A stretch of 64,000 nucleotides of DNA, from assembly GCA_951406725.2 (NCBI GenBank), contig OX597835.1, positions 49,042,001 through 49,106,000 on the forward strand, in the 5' to 3' direction. This stretch comes from Octopus vulgaris (lineage: Eukaryota). The notes under the pieces are model-generated. The model did not search any database, was not told the DNA's origin, and saw nothing but the letters and a program-made list of their open reading frames with translations. Position numbers and translations under genes: made by a program. Shown here piece by piece: positions 33,249-46,328 of this stretch (position 1 is its first letter; every line of letters begins with the position of its first letter).

Positions 33249-33655
33249 ACCAATTAATAGCTGAGTGGCAGGAAACCTGTTTCCCATCCGGTAGACTTCT
33301 CTAAACAACAAAATCAAGCGATTTTGCTGAAGTGAATCCAGGAATTAAACGCGTGAGAAAAGGATAAGAAAGTGGCGGGGGAGGGTAGGGGAAGGAAAGG
33401 GAAAGAATGGAATTGTTGTGAAGGGAGGTGGATAGGTGGGTGGGTGGGTGGATCAGAGGTGCAGGGAGTTTGGTAGGACTCTCTTACCCTTGCTGCGTCC
33501 CTACCACCATTTTTTTTTTCTGAATTCTCTCTCCTTTCTCTCTCTCTTTCACTCTTTCTCATTCATATTCTTCCGCTGTGTCTCTCTTTCTCTCTATCTC
33601 TCTTTTCCTTTGTCTCTCTGTCAGTCTGTCTGTCTCTCTATCTGTCTCTCTCTCA

Positions 33656-33718
<63 letters not shown>

Positions 33719-33735
33719 GCTCTCTTTCTGTGAAT

Positions 33736-34050
33736 TGGGCAAGGGTCTTCTGCTATAGCCCCGGGCCGACCAATGCCTTGTGAGGGGATTTGGTAGACGG
33801 AAACTGAAAGAAGCCTGTCGTATATATGTATATATATATGTGTGTGTTTGTTCCCCTAGCATTGCTTGACAACCGATGCTGGTGTGTTTACGTCCCTGTC
33901 ACTTAGCGGTTCGGCAAAAAAGAGACCGATAGAATAAGTACTGGGCTTACAAAGAATAAGTCACGGTGTCGAGTTGCTCGATTAAAGGCGGTGCTCCAGC
34001 ATGGCCGCAGTCAAATGACTGAAACAAGTAAAAGAGAAAAGAGAAAGAGA
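33736..34050 (+). mobile_element. SINE family B (head truncated, well-preserved tail)
   Basis: ttgggcaagggtcttctgctatagcccc..acttagcggttcggcaaaa..ggcggtgctccagcatggccgcagtcaaatgactgaaacaagtaaaagag. Confidence 0.88.
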
Positions 34051-34142
34051 ATTTCGTGTTTTGCTTCTAAATGTTGTTCTTATTTTGACCCCCACTCCCC
34101 AACTAGGTGAGTCCTGCTCGAGGAGACAGGCCAGACGTATCC

Positions 34143-34378
34143 TTTAGCTTTTACCGGTTTCAGTCATTGGACGGCGGCCAGGCTGGTGTACAGCATTAAT
34201 GGGTTTAGTTTAAGAAAGTGACCACGGTATATTTTGGCTTGTCTGCGTCCCCACAAATTCGGGTTCGGCAAAAGAGATAAGAATACTTTTTAGTTTGGTG
34301 CTTATTATATCAATCGCTTTTACCGAACCCCAAGTTACAGTGACGTAAACAAACCAACTCTAGTTGTCAAGTGGTGTG
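34143..34378 (-). mobile_element. SINE family B 3' half, inverted relative to 33736-34050
   Basis: gtttcagtcattggacggcggccaggctgg..ccgaaccccaagttacagtgacgtaaac. Confidence 0.65.
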
Positions 34379-34390
34379 GAGACCATTTTC

Positions 34391-35570
34391 GGATCTATTC
34401 CATCTCAATTACAGATTTTTTAATTAATTTTTTTAACTAAACAGTTTGAAACTTCGAATACTGGTAGAATTTCTCACGTAGAACACAGTTTACTCAAAAC
34501 GTTTTTGACAAAATTTCCTCTTTTAGAAGTTATTTCGTGTTGATGTTGTCGTATTTGGGTAATTTCAACCAATCAACGACGTGTATTCGGTTGACAAAAG
34601 CTACTGCTGTTTGCGAGAGTAATCGAAGAGGAACAACTTCCGGGTTATCTCTACTAAATGTCACCACTCTGTTCGATTCGTCACTTTTATCTTTCCTTTC
34701 TTTCTAGTCAGCACCGTGCATTCCTTATTCTTTCCCTCCCTTATACACTATCAACTAGCAACCAACGAGTGAATGTATCCCTGCCACTACAATTACCGTA
34801 TTTTCCGGTGTATAAGCGACTATTTGTTTTGTTTTACCTTTATTATTCGATAATGTTACTTCTAATCTAATAAATACTTTTATATTTATTTCTTTATTGC
34901 CCACAGGGGGCTAAGCAGGGAGAGGACAAAGAAGGACAAACAAAGGGATTAAGTCAATTACATCGACCCCAATGCGTAACTGGTACTTATTTTATCGACC
35001 CCGAAAGTATGAAAGGCAAAGTCGACCTCTGCGGAATTTGAACTCAGAACGTAACGGCAGACGAAATACTGCTAAGCATTTCGCCCGGCGTGATAATGAT
35101 TCTGCCAGCTTGCCGCCTCAGTAATAACTTTTATATTAACGAAATGTGTTTGTAAATTGTAAGATAAAAATCATGACAATAATAATCCATCTCAGTTGTA
35201 AAATAAGGCATTTTGAAACTACAAATACGTCAACAACAAAAATGCTAGCTGCGGACTCGTTGCTCTCTATGGTGTTGATTATTCGAACAGGGTGGTGACA
35301 TTTAGTAGAGATGACCCAGAAGTTGTTCCTCTTCGATTACTATCGCAAACAGCAGTAGCTTTCGTCAGCCGAATACATGTCGTTGATTGGTTGAAATTAC
35401 CCAAATACGACAACTTTAACACGAAATAACTACTAAAGTGGGAAATTTTGTCAAAAGCGTTCAGAGTAAACTGTGTTCTACGTGAGAAATTCTACCAGTA
35501 TTCGAAGTTTCAAACTGTTTAGTTAAAAATAATTAATTTTAAACATCTGTAATTGAGATGGAATAGATCC
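34391..35570. mobile_element. Non-autonomous DNA transposon (MITE) with ~285-bp TIRs and 8-bp TSD
   Basis: TIRs ggatctattccatctcaattacagat..ctgttcga (34391-34676) and its reverse complement (35283-35570); TSD ccattttc at 34383-34390 and 35571-35578. Confidence 0.92.
34887..35117 (-). mobile_element. SINE family A nested in the MITE
   Basis: Full-length reverse complement of the 24463 copy; degenerate flanking duplication ..acttttatatt. Confidence 0.88.
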
Positions 35571-35715
35571 CCATTTTCATCGATGATCGGTCATGAAAAG
35601 CTTTGAGTTAAGTTTTAGATGGGTTTTTTTCAGCTTCAATAAAATAACACTTTACTCTACCTTAGTATTCGAGTACTATTTCTCCATTTTGTTTTGCACG
35701 TATGTGTTCTCTAAC

Positions 35716-35761
<46 letters not shown>

Positions 35762-36056
35762 TACACACATAGTGAAAGGGTAACTGTTGGTGGTTGTTTT
35801 CTGGGTGGAAGAAGTTGGTGGTGGCAGTATTGATGTGGTAGAGTTGAAGCAGCGATAATGCTTATTGTTGTTGTGTTGTCGTCGTCGGAGGTAGTGGTGT
35901 CGTACTGTGCAATGTTTGTAATGGCGACGAATATTAGAGATAAGGTAGATGAGTTATGATGATGACGACGATGATGATGATGATGATAGTGTTTAATGAT
36001 AATGGGGATGACATTGTAGGTGCTGCTGTTGTTGTTATTGTTGTTGTTGATGATGT

Positions 36057-36088
<32 letters not shown>

Positions 36089-36383
36089 GTGATAACGACG
36101 ACGATGATGAGCTTGAGAGTGTGACAATAAAAGCCATCAACAGCGACATCAAAATGATAAAAGGACAAAGAAGTGATCCATCACCTATTTTAGTGTGTGG
36201 CCATAAAACAGACTGGAAGAGAAAGATTTCGAGTGACTGGCGGAGAGGTCATTAGGAGAGGCAGATACGACGACGACGACGACGGCGACAGCAACAAAAC
36301 AGCAGCAGCAGCAGCAGCAGGAACGACGACACGACAGCAGTAACAGCAACAGCAACAACAACAACAACAACGTCAACAGTATT

Positions 36384-37520
36384 ATATTTCTTTACTACCC
36401 ACAAAGAGCCGAGACATAGAGGGGGACAAACAAGGACAGACAAAGGGATTAAGACGATTACATCGAACCAGTGCGTAACTGGTACTTTATTTATCGACCC
36501 CGAAAAGATGAAAGGCAAAGTCGACCTCGGCTAACGTCAACAGCATTAGCAAAAACGGCAACAAAAACTACGGTCAAGTTGTTGTTCGATTAAAACCTTT
36601 CAACGTGATGCACCAGCATGGCCGCAGTCCAAAACTGAATTAAGTAAAACGATGAAAGAGTAAAAGAACATTTTAAAGAAAAACACGAAAATACATTTGT
36701 AATTGTCATAGTTTGAAGACATTTGATTCCAGATCCGCGATTGATCCCTGAACCAACACCAACACACCACTACCAATACTATAACTACTACTACTGCCGC
36801 TGCTGCTACTGCACTTCAGCGTCACCATAAACACCGACGTCCATGCAAGCACCGTTAATTAAAACTAGCCTGATAACCTTAAAATGGGATTCAAATTTTG
36901 GCACAAGGCCGGCAATTTCATGGGAGGGTTAGTACCAGTGGTACTAACGGGTACTTAATTTATGAAAGGCAAAGTCGACCTCGGCAAAATTTGAACTCAG
37001 AACGTAAAGGCGGACGAAATGCCGCTAAGCATTTTGTCCGACGTGCAAACGATTCTATCACTTCGCCGCTTTAATAATCATCTTAATATTATTATCACCA
37101 AAAGGCGTTGGTGTGGCAGAAACGTTAGCACGCCGGGCGAAATGCTTAGCGGTATTTCGTCTGCAGTTACGTTCTGGGTTCAAATTCCGCTGAGGTCGAC
37201 TTTGCCTTTCAGTTCATCCCTGGCATAGATGTAATCGATTTACCCCCGAAATTGCTGACCTTGTACAAAAATATGAAATCTTTATGTTATCACCAATGAA
37301 GGCGGCGAGTTGGTAGAATCGTTGCTGCTCCGGGGAATATACGTAGCGACATTTCGTCCATCTGCACGTTCTGAGTTCAAATTCTACCGAGGTCGACTTT
37401 GCTTTTCATTTTTTTTTTTGTTTCGGGCTCAAAAAATATGTACCAGTTACATGCAGGAGTTGGTGTGATTCGCTTGCCTCGTTCCACGAAATTACTGGCC
37501 TTTTATCAAAATTTGAAATC
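36384..37520. mobile_element. Cluster of SINE family A copies (- 36384-36530, - 36885-37050, + 37104-37270, + 37301-37520) plus a family B tail
   Basis: Repeated gaaaggcaaagtcgacctcgg / ccgaggtcgactttgc cores in both orientations. Confidence 0.8.
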
Positions 37521-38000
37521 GAGAATCTAGTATTTTTCATTCGCAAAATATGCATTTTTTAAAAGACCGTAAAATATCTGAAAATCGGCTATAATAACGT
37601 AGCCTTCCAGTCTCATTGCTTTAAAGGTATGATGTTGTGGAGAAAAAAAATTGGAGGAAAAAGTTACAGAGGTTTTAAAATCGAAAAACTGTATATTTTT
37701 AGCCAATAGCGAGACAGAGATTTTCTGCGTTTAGCGGAACAGTGTCAACTTTAAGGTTGTACCCTGTGTAATTTATAGTTTAGCGTCTGACCCGTTCATT
37801 GTAGGTTTCTAAATAAACAGAAATACCTGATAAAATCAACATGTATCATATTACTGTTTCTTTTGTCATTGATTGTATTGTATGGTTCATTATTTTTTTA
37901 ATTTGTTGTATTTGTTTGTATGTGTTTACTTTATGCGTAATTCAGTTTTAAGTATACCTGGCGTGTATTTATGTACATCATTAATATATAAGTGTATGTA

Positions 38001-38045
<45 letters not shown>

Positions 38046-38429
38046 GTGTGTGTGTGTGTGCGTGCGTGTGTCTGTCTCCGAAGCTACAAAGTTGAGTAAC
38101 GCTTCCACGCTTGGATTTGTAAGCTATGATAGGAATAACACTGGTCAACAAAGAATTTATCTCAAGGAAAAGAATACCTGTATCTGGTATGTTTTGGCAT
38201 GCAGAATTCAAAAATAATATCAAATTATCTGTATCACCCACAGTTTCTCTGTTCCACGATATCCCTCTCAGTTCCTGTTATGTGGGCTAAATTTCAATTA
38301 AGTTGTTGAAATGTAAAGCTAATGGTTTAATAAATACTCCTAATTAAAATTTTTATGAATAGAATTAACCTAGTAAAATCATAAATCCAGCTATTTGAGT
38401 CAATGAGTCCCAAAAATATATGAAATGAA

Positions 38430-38660
38430 AAATATCTAAAAATATTTCGTTTTTGGATTTGGTTTGCAGGATTCTTTATATGAGTTCGTGTGTTGAAGCA
38501 TATTCTGTTGTGTGTGGGGAGAGTCATTCTCTTTTAGTACCTTATTATTTAACACACGCACCGGTGAAATTTCCACTTATTTCGTCTTTTTATTTTCCTA
38601 AAATTTTCGTTGCGTCTTGCAACCTTTTCAATAGTCTTGACTCTGTCCGTTATTTACACT
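38430..38660 (-). mobile_element. PLE-type terminal repeat with a U3-A8 variant hammerhead (38598-38634)
   Basis: cta TTGAAAA g gttgc-aagac-gcaac GAA AATT T tag; downstream gtgcgtgtgtt..ttcaacacacga, shared with 13680, 54291 and (in part) 63140. Confidence 0.65.
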
Positions 38661-39310
38661 GCGTTCCTTTTTTGTTTGTTTGTGTGCATGTGTGGGGGTG
38701 AGTGTGTGTATGTGCCTATGTATGCATGTACGTATGTATGTGTATATGTATGTATGTATGTATGTATGCATGTATGTATATATGTGTGTGTTTGCATATG
38801 TATATATGTACGTGTGTGCATGCATCTGTATGTATTCTGCATATTCATGTGCTTGCATGTCCGTGTTTGTGTATTTTCTATGTATGTGTGTGTGAGCGTG
38901 TATTTGTATATGTATGCACCTCTGTCTCCTTGTGTGTGCATGTGTGTGTGTGTGTGTGTGTGTTTTGCAACTATGTACCATGTTTGTGTGTATGGATGTG
39001 CATCTCTATAAGTGTGGATACGTGTCTCCATATGTGTCCTTGTATGGAGTAAAGTGTGTGTGTATATATGGTCATGCGTTTCAGTCTCCATTTGCATGTG
39101 TGCTTGTCTGTTCTCATAACCTATGTACCTATCCGTCTGTATGTTGATCTGTTTATTTTCCTATCCATATGCTTACATACAAAAGATATATATATGTGCA
39201 TACACAAACACTCACACCAACACACCCACACATACATACATTTATTTACCTAACAGTCCACTAACTATTCTTCCCTACCTGTGTAAACTGTGGGTATGGA
39301 GGTATGATAT

Positions 39311-39970
39311 CTACCATCTATATTTCCTATATAGTATTGGGAAAGTTTCATTTATGAGGACATACGCCCGTATTTGTCTGAGTGTTGGGTCCTTTGGGTG
39401 CTTAGATAAGATGCGGATGTCAAGTTGACCCAGGTTGACTCTATGTTGGTCCTTGGCATGTTGGTAGAGTATGGAGAACTGTTTTCTGTCGTCATATTGT
39501 CTCAGATGTTCATTTAGTCGTTCCGCAATGTTCCTAGACGTCTCACCTATGTACGTCATGTTCATGTCCTTACAAGCACCTTCTATGCATCTTATGCTGT
39601 AAACTACATTTCGAAGGCTAATCCTACACACTATGCAGTTATAAATGCTAATCCTATACACTATGCAGTTATCAATGCATATGACATTCTCAAAGGAGTA
39701 CGTCTTACATAGTTGTGATCTGACGAGTTCTCTGACTTTTCAATAATCTTAATGTTGAGTTTGGTCTCCTTCAGAGCTTTTCTAAATTTTCGGGCTAATT
39801 TTCCATGAGCTGTGGCCTCTACAAACATCACTCCTTGATATTTATACCACGTGTTCCCCCTCTTTGCTTTGTCACAAGTTATTTATATCCTATTCCATTC
39901 TTTGTTTCTATATCTAGGGCAGGTACCACTGATATCATTACGTATAATGTTGTCTAATTTCTTTCTAGCC
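39311..39970 (-). mobile_element. Penelope-like element fragment, Naiad-like linker plus GIY-YIG endonuclease
   Basis: GTCPRYRNKEWNR..WYKYQGVMFVEATAHGKLARK..IKIIEK, frameshift, then NVVYSIRC..TYIGETSRNIAERLNEH..LYQH..H; one stop and a 30-nt tandem duplication (39618-39677). Confidence 0.85.
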
Positions 39971-40549
39971 CCCCACCCCACCCCCTGTATACTCGAACCC
40001 TATCTTTCTGATCATATCCAAAGAATTGCATGCGGTGCATGAAGTTCTGTACATGTTTCTTCGTTTCATAGGGTTCGCATAGTGGGGACACATTGTTCAT
40101 TATCCTAAGTCTGCTATCAGTATGCTAATTTTCATGTCGTGTGACAAAGCTGAGTTCTTGTGAACAGCGGTGAGTGTGTTAAATTATAAGGCACGAAAAG
40201 ACAACGACTCGCCCCAGACACAATAGAATATGTAAAAAATGCTGAGTGTGAAAACTCAAACAACAGCGGCACAGACGACAGTAAACCACAACACAGCGTA
40301 CAGTTGTCATGGCAACAAGCTGTTAATGCCATTCTGTCTGTTGATTGGCTAAAATTACCCAAAATTTCCCAACTTCAATTCCAGATAACATCAGTTTCTT
40401 TATTTTACGAGATAAAGTAATTAGTTGGTCGTCATCAAAATTCAGAGTTGCATCGATACACCAAAATTGAAAGCAACCTGATCAAAACTAGGGGGTGGGG
40501 CTGATTTTGCGAATGAGAAAGACTAGATCCGAAATCGATATTATTATCG

Positions 40550-41160
40550 TCAGTCATCCCTCCGCCGTAGAATCTTCGTGGTCGTCCGATCAGCTAGAAA
40601 TAGCAGCCAAATCTTCCGAGAATCAAACTCCTCCTGGGACGAATATTTCCCACGAGGAACTCCTCGATGTGTTGGCCATCCTGAAGACCACACATATTGG
40701 CCGTAGATGTTTCCCTGATCAGACACCTGACCAATCTCAATCAGGACAAAAAACGAGGTTAAACAACACCATTGAAGATTAATCAGTCTGCTAGAAAAAG
40801 CAGCCAAATCTCTTTTAAAACGTTAAAAAACATTGTTGTCATAGATACACCTTGCTTTTCTGAAGACGAAACTGGATGGTCATGGTTAGAACGTCTTTGA
40901 TCTTTATTTCCTTGATTGGAACTCACCTGAAACTGAACAACAACAATAACAAAAACATAAAGAGTAAAACTCGCTTGATTTGCAAGAAATAACAGCCAAA
41001 TCTGGTTGAATGTCTCAGTAAGACAAAAGACAAATTCCATAATGCTGTCCTAGGTAAACTGCGTCCGATAAGAAGTGACAGCCACCGCTGGAATGCTTTT
41101 GATCAGAGAAGTCAGCTCTGCCAGAACTGACGCAGGGTTAAAGAACAAGTACAACATTCT
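40550..41160 (+). repeat. Three degenerate head-to-tail ~195-nt monomers of an unnamed interspersed repeat
   Basis: Motif ctgcta-gaaa-tagcag-ccaaatc at 40591, 40788 and 40980; units end in aaacaac-like tails. Confidence 0.7.
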
Positions 41161-41169
41161 TCAAGAAAT

Positions 41170-41823
41170 TCTTCCACCAGCACCGCCACCGCCACCAACA
41201 CCATTGCAACCACCACCACCACCACCACCACCACCACCGTCATAGCAAGCATCATTAGCATCATCATCGCCATTGTCCCCCACCATTGACATCCCTGCCA
41301 CTGTCACCGCTATCAACTACCCCCACCAAAAATCCTCACCATCATCACCATCACAAGCATCAAGCCCACTGCTATCACCATGACTAGCACCATCATCATC
41401 ATCACCATCATCATCATCACCATCATAATCATCGTAATCAACACCACCATCACCACACTATTTCGGTCTCTGCTCTCTCGCCATCACAATTACCACCCGC
41501 CATTGGCACCAGAAATCCTTGCACCACCCCACCACCACCTCCATCACCACCGCCTCCACCATCATCGCCATCACCAAATTCAAGGTTTCAAAGATGACAG
41601 AATTATGATCCTGGTTCACTTTTCGGCCGGGAACAAAAGATTGATTTGTGGGGTTGTTAACATTGTTAGAGGCGGGGTGGAGAGAGAGAGAGAAAGAGAG
41701 AGAGAGAGACGGGGGACGGACAGATAGATAGATAAATAGTGTGTGAGAGAGAGAGACAGACATACAAACACAGAAAGAGAGAGGGAAAGAGGGAGACAGA
41801 GAAAGAGAGACATAGATAGATGA

Positions 41824-41857
<34 letters not shown>

Positions 41858-41869
41858 GAGGAGAGAAAG

Positions 41870-41921
<52 letters not shown>

Positions 41922-42065
41922 TGATGGATAGATTGATGGATAGGAAAGAAGAGGGGTGGTGGTGGTGGTGAGGAAGACGATGAAGCTGGCGACGACGGCG
42001 ATCAGCATTATGGCGATAACGATAATTGGAGTGAAGGAATTGGCAATTACGGCTCAGCCGATAAC

Positions 42066-42142
<77 letters not shown>

Positions 42143-43335
42143 CAGAGGTACATTTCTGGCGGTGTTTAATGGGTTGTAATTATTGCAGCGGTTGTGAGAG
42201 CCAGGGAGGATCGAGGTGATGGTGGTGGTGGTGGTGGTGGCGGTAGCGGTAGTGGTGGTGGTGGTGGTGGTGGTGGTGGTGGTGGTGGTGGTGGTGGTGG
42301 TGGTGGTGGTGGTGGTGGTGGTGGTTTTGGTGGTGGTGGTGGTGGTGGTGGTGGTGGTGGCGGTGGTGGTGGCGGTGGTGGTGACGGTGGTGGTGGTGGT
42401 GTGGTGGTGGTGGTGGTGGTGGTGACGGTGGTGGTGACGGTGGTGGTGACGGTGGTGGTGACGGTGGTGGTGGTGGTGGAGGTTTCGTTGGTAGTGTTCA
42501 CCAACGGTGACAGTAGAGCAAAGGAGGAAAGAAAAGGAGGATGAGGAGGATGACAGGGAGGAGACCGAAGGGGACGTATTGGATGGGGTGGTGGTATAAG
42601 GATGGAGGTGTGCGTGAGGAGTTGTAGGTGTGATGGATGTCAATTGTTTCACAGTTTTGTTTAAATGGTTCCGTTGATAAGGTGAATAGGCTCTTCAGTA
42701 ACTGATAACTGAAGAGCTGGCCGACCGTCGGACGGATGAGGATGATGATGCTGATGAGGATGTTGAAGGTGATGATGATGCTGATGTTGCTGTGTGGCAG
42801 TTATGGCTGCTGCTATTGTTAATGATGTTGATGATGATGATGTGTTTGTGTTAGCGTTGTTGTGAAAGAAATTGTTGTAGTTCTTGGAGGTGGTGGTGGT
42901 GGCGGCGGCGGCGGTGGTGGCGGCGGTGGTGGCGGCGGCGGTGGCGGCGGCGGTGGCGGCGGTGGTGGCGGCGGCGGCGGTGGTGGCGGTGGTGGTGGCG
43001 GCGGCGGTGGTGGCGGCGGTGGTGGCGGCGGCGGTGGTGGCGGCGGCGGTGGCGGCAGTGGTGGCGGCGGCGGCTGTAGTGGTCTATGTTGATGATGACA
43101 ATGCTGATAATGTTTTGGTGATGCTGAAGAGGATGATGACGATGATAATGATGAAGACGACGATGTTGATGATGAGTCTGTTCATTATGATGATGATGAT
43201 GAGGCTTCTGTTGTGCTAGTGGTTGATGATGATGATGATGTTAATGATTATGATGATGATGATGATGATTATGATGATGATGATGTAGTAGTTGGTGTTG
43301 TTGTCGCTGTTGTCATCGTTATCGTTGCCGTTATT
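41170..43335. repeat. Compound trinucleotide/tetranucleotide low-complexity island: (ACC/ATC)n, (GA)n, (GATA)n, (TAG)n, (GGT)n, (GGC)n, (GAT)n
   Basis: Direct inspection. Confidence 0.95.
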
Positions 43336-44014
43336 GTTGCTGTTGTTGATATGTTGTGGCAGTCAGGCCTCACTTCATTCCTGAAAGCGCAGATCAAAGG
43401 CCTTCCAGCCGTGACCATTTTTTATTTTCCTAATGTCCAAAGAACCCAGAATCACATTATCCGATTGTCCTTTTTTTTTTTTTTCTTTTCTTTTCTGAAA
43501 CATAGAACAGCGTTTCGCAATCGAATGACGCAAAAATTCATTCCAAAGTATCCTGAGAATCCACGGCACCATAATTACATCTGAGAAGAACTACAGGCTG
43601 GTTTGATTTTGTTGGATTTCGCCATCGAAAAGGCTGCTGGACGAACAAAAGGTGAGGAAACACTGCTGCAAAGCATCATTTGACAGCCTTTTGGCGATTG
43701 TCTTCCACAGTTCTTTACCAATGCTCTAAAGATACAGACTTTTGCTTTCAGACACGACTTCTGCAACAAGAAGTCAGACTGAAAAGTCTTTTCTAAGAAA
43801 AATATCAATTTTCTGTGTGTGAGAGGAGGTCGAATAAAATTAATTTTTCCGGTTCTTGTCGTTCGTCTTAATTTTCTTGTTTGGCTGCAAGATCAATTTC
43901 CGTCCAGAAAATCTATTTATAAGGCTTTCTAGTTGTGAAAATCCCGTCTGAACCTCTGGGTTTTTTTTATTTTATTTTATTTCATTTCATTTCATTTCAT
44001 TTCATTTCTCATAA

Positions 44015-44537
44015 ACGCAGACTTTGTGGTGAGAAGTTTGTTTTCCAACCACACAGTTCCGGGTTCTGTTTCACAGCAGGGTACCTTCATCGTGTGTCTT
44101 TTACTACAGTCTCAAGCCGATCAAAATCTTGTGTTTGTCCTACCACCAGCATTTGACCACCGGTGTCGCTACCCGTAACTTAGCGGTTCGGCAAGACCAA
44201 CCGATAGAACATGTACCAAGTTGTGAAACTATAATAAATCCTGGTTGGTGTCGATTCGTTCGACTAAAAATTCATGAAGGCGGTGCTCCAGCATGGCCGC
44301 AGTCTAATGATTGAAACGAGAAAAAGATATATTCTTTTATTCTTTTATTTGTTTCAGTCATTTGACTTCGGTCATGCCTTTAATCGAGCAAATAGACAGA
44401 CCCCAGGACTTATTCTTTGTAACCCTAGCACATATTCTATCGGTCTCTTTTTGCCGAACCGCTAAGTTACGGGGACGTAAGCACACCTACATCGGTTGTC
44501 AGGCGATGGTAGGGGAACAAACACAGACACATAGGCA

Positions 44538-44589
<52 letters not shown>

Positions 44590-44995
44590 TCCGTCTACCA
44601 AATCTACTCACAAGACTTTGGTAGGCCCGAGGTTATAGTAAACGGCACTTGCCCAAGGTGCCAACGAAAATATTTGCTATTAAAGTTTATTCCGTACTAC
44701 GGCCTTTTCGACCCGTCCTGCTATGGTCCTTTGTGTGTGCCACTCCGTTCAACAGATTGTGTTGCATCGATTTTGCACTCTGGGTCACATCAGGTACATC
44801 GATAGATAAAGTGGTGTTCTTTTACTTGTTTCAGTCATTTGACTGCAGCCATGCTGGAGCGCCGCCTTGAAGTGTTTTAGTCAAATACCTCGACCCCAGG
44901 ACTTATTCTGTCGGTCTCTTTTGCCGAACTGCTAGGCGATGTAAACACACAAACACCGGTTGTCAAGCGGTGATGGGGGAACAAACACAGGTGCA
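44015..44995. mobile_element. Three SINE family B copies (+ 44015-44327, - 44333-44662, - 44817-44995)
   Basis: Tail ggcggtgctccagcatggccgcagtc on +, with reverse-complement tails immediately downstream. Confidence 0.82.
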
Positions 44996-45110
44996 AACAC
45001 ACACACATATGTATAGTTGTTCTATAATAAGTTGTTGTATAAAGCTCGAAACAAATGTACCGCAACATCCTTTGTGTCGTGTTTTCCATTTATTTCATTT
45101 GATACATATT

Positions 45111-45191
<81 letters not shown>

Positions 45192-45323
45192 ACGATAAGA
45201 AATAATAGTTAGAAGTAGCTCATTGGTGTTTTAAAATCATTTAATAACTATGAGAATATGTTTACAGCTGTTTCAGTATATCAAGCTGGGGTAAATCTAC
45301 ATTTACCTCGTTGCAACATATAT

Positions 45324-45393
<70 letters not shown>

Positions 45394-45438
45394 GCATACA
45401 CACACAACACACAAACACATATATATATATATATATAT

Positions 45439-45584
<146 letters not shown>

Positions 45585-45854
45585 ACTGTATATGTCTTCT
45601 TCTGTTGCACTAACGCTACGTTCTTCCGATAGCTGAAAAGGCCTGTCTGTTATTGATTTATTCATATCTGTAAATGCACAATTATTTCCCGTCCGCTGTG
45701 TAACCGAAAGGCGTTCGTCTCTTGTATGATTCTGGCTTTCTCGTTTTTACTTCGCTTTTTGTTTCGATCTTGTATGCATTCGTTTGCTTTTCGCAGAGGC
45801 TTAATGCTTACAGCTTAATCCCCTCGCAACAGCTGGCTTCGAATAGTTTCGGTA

Positions 45855-46200
45855 TAAACGGTGCGAAACTATACTGACTTTCCATAAACCGGTTGTGATT
45901 CCCGCACTGAGCTGCGTGTTGAGTTCTTGAGTTAGACCCTTTATTTCACGTTGCTCTCATTCACTCAGCTGTAGAAATGTGACGTCATTGGTACCAAGCT
46001 GTATCGGCCCCTTTGTCTTTTCCTTGGATAACATCGGTGGTGAAGAGAAGGGTGGCTGGGGTGAATGGGTGACTGCTGGTCTTCCATGAAAACAACCCTA
46101 GGTTGTGTCTTCGTCGGTGAGGCGACTTTCCGCCCAGATTTGTACCCCGGAGGGGACCTCTTAGGTGCACCCATGGTCATTCGTAACCGAAGGTGTCGAG
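45855..46200 (+). mobile_element. SINE family D
   Basis: ctttatttcacgttgctctcattcactcagctgtagaaatg..gactgctggtcttccatgaaaacaa matches the 31608 copy. Confidence 0.75.
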
Positions 46201-46243
46201 TTATGTATATATGCATATATGTGTGTGTGTGTATGTAGGTATG

Positions 46244-46328
<85 letters not shown>

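Noticed and set aside
42047-43219. Poly-Gly/Pro/Thr/Ala ORFs
   Set aside because: Pure trinucleotide repeats with no splice or codon evidence.
43597-43651. Possible exon ending AAAAG|gtgagg
   Set aside because: No polypyrimidine tract and no recognisable peptide.
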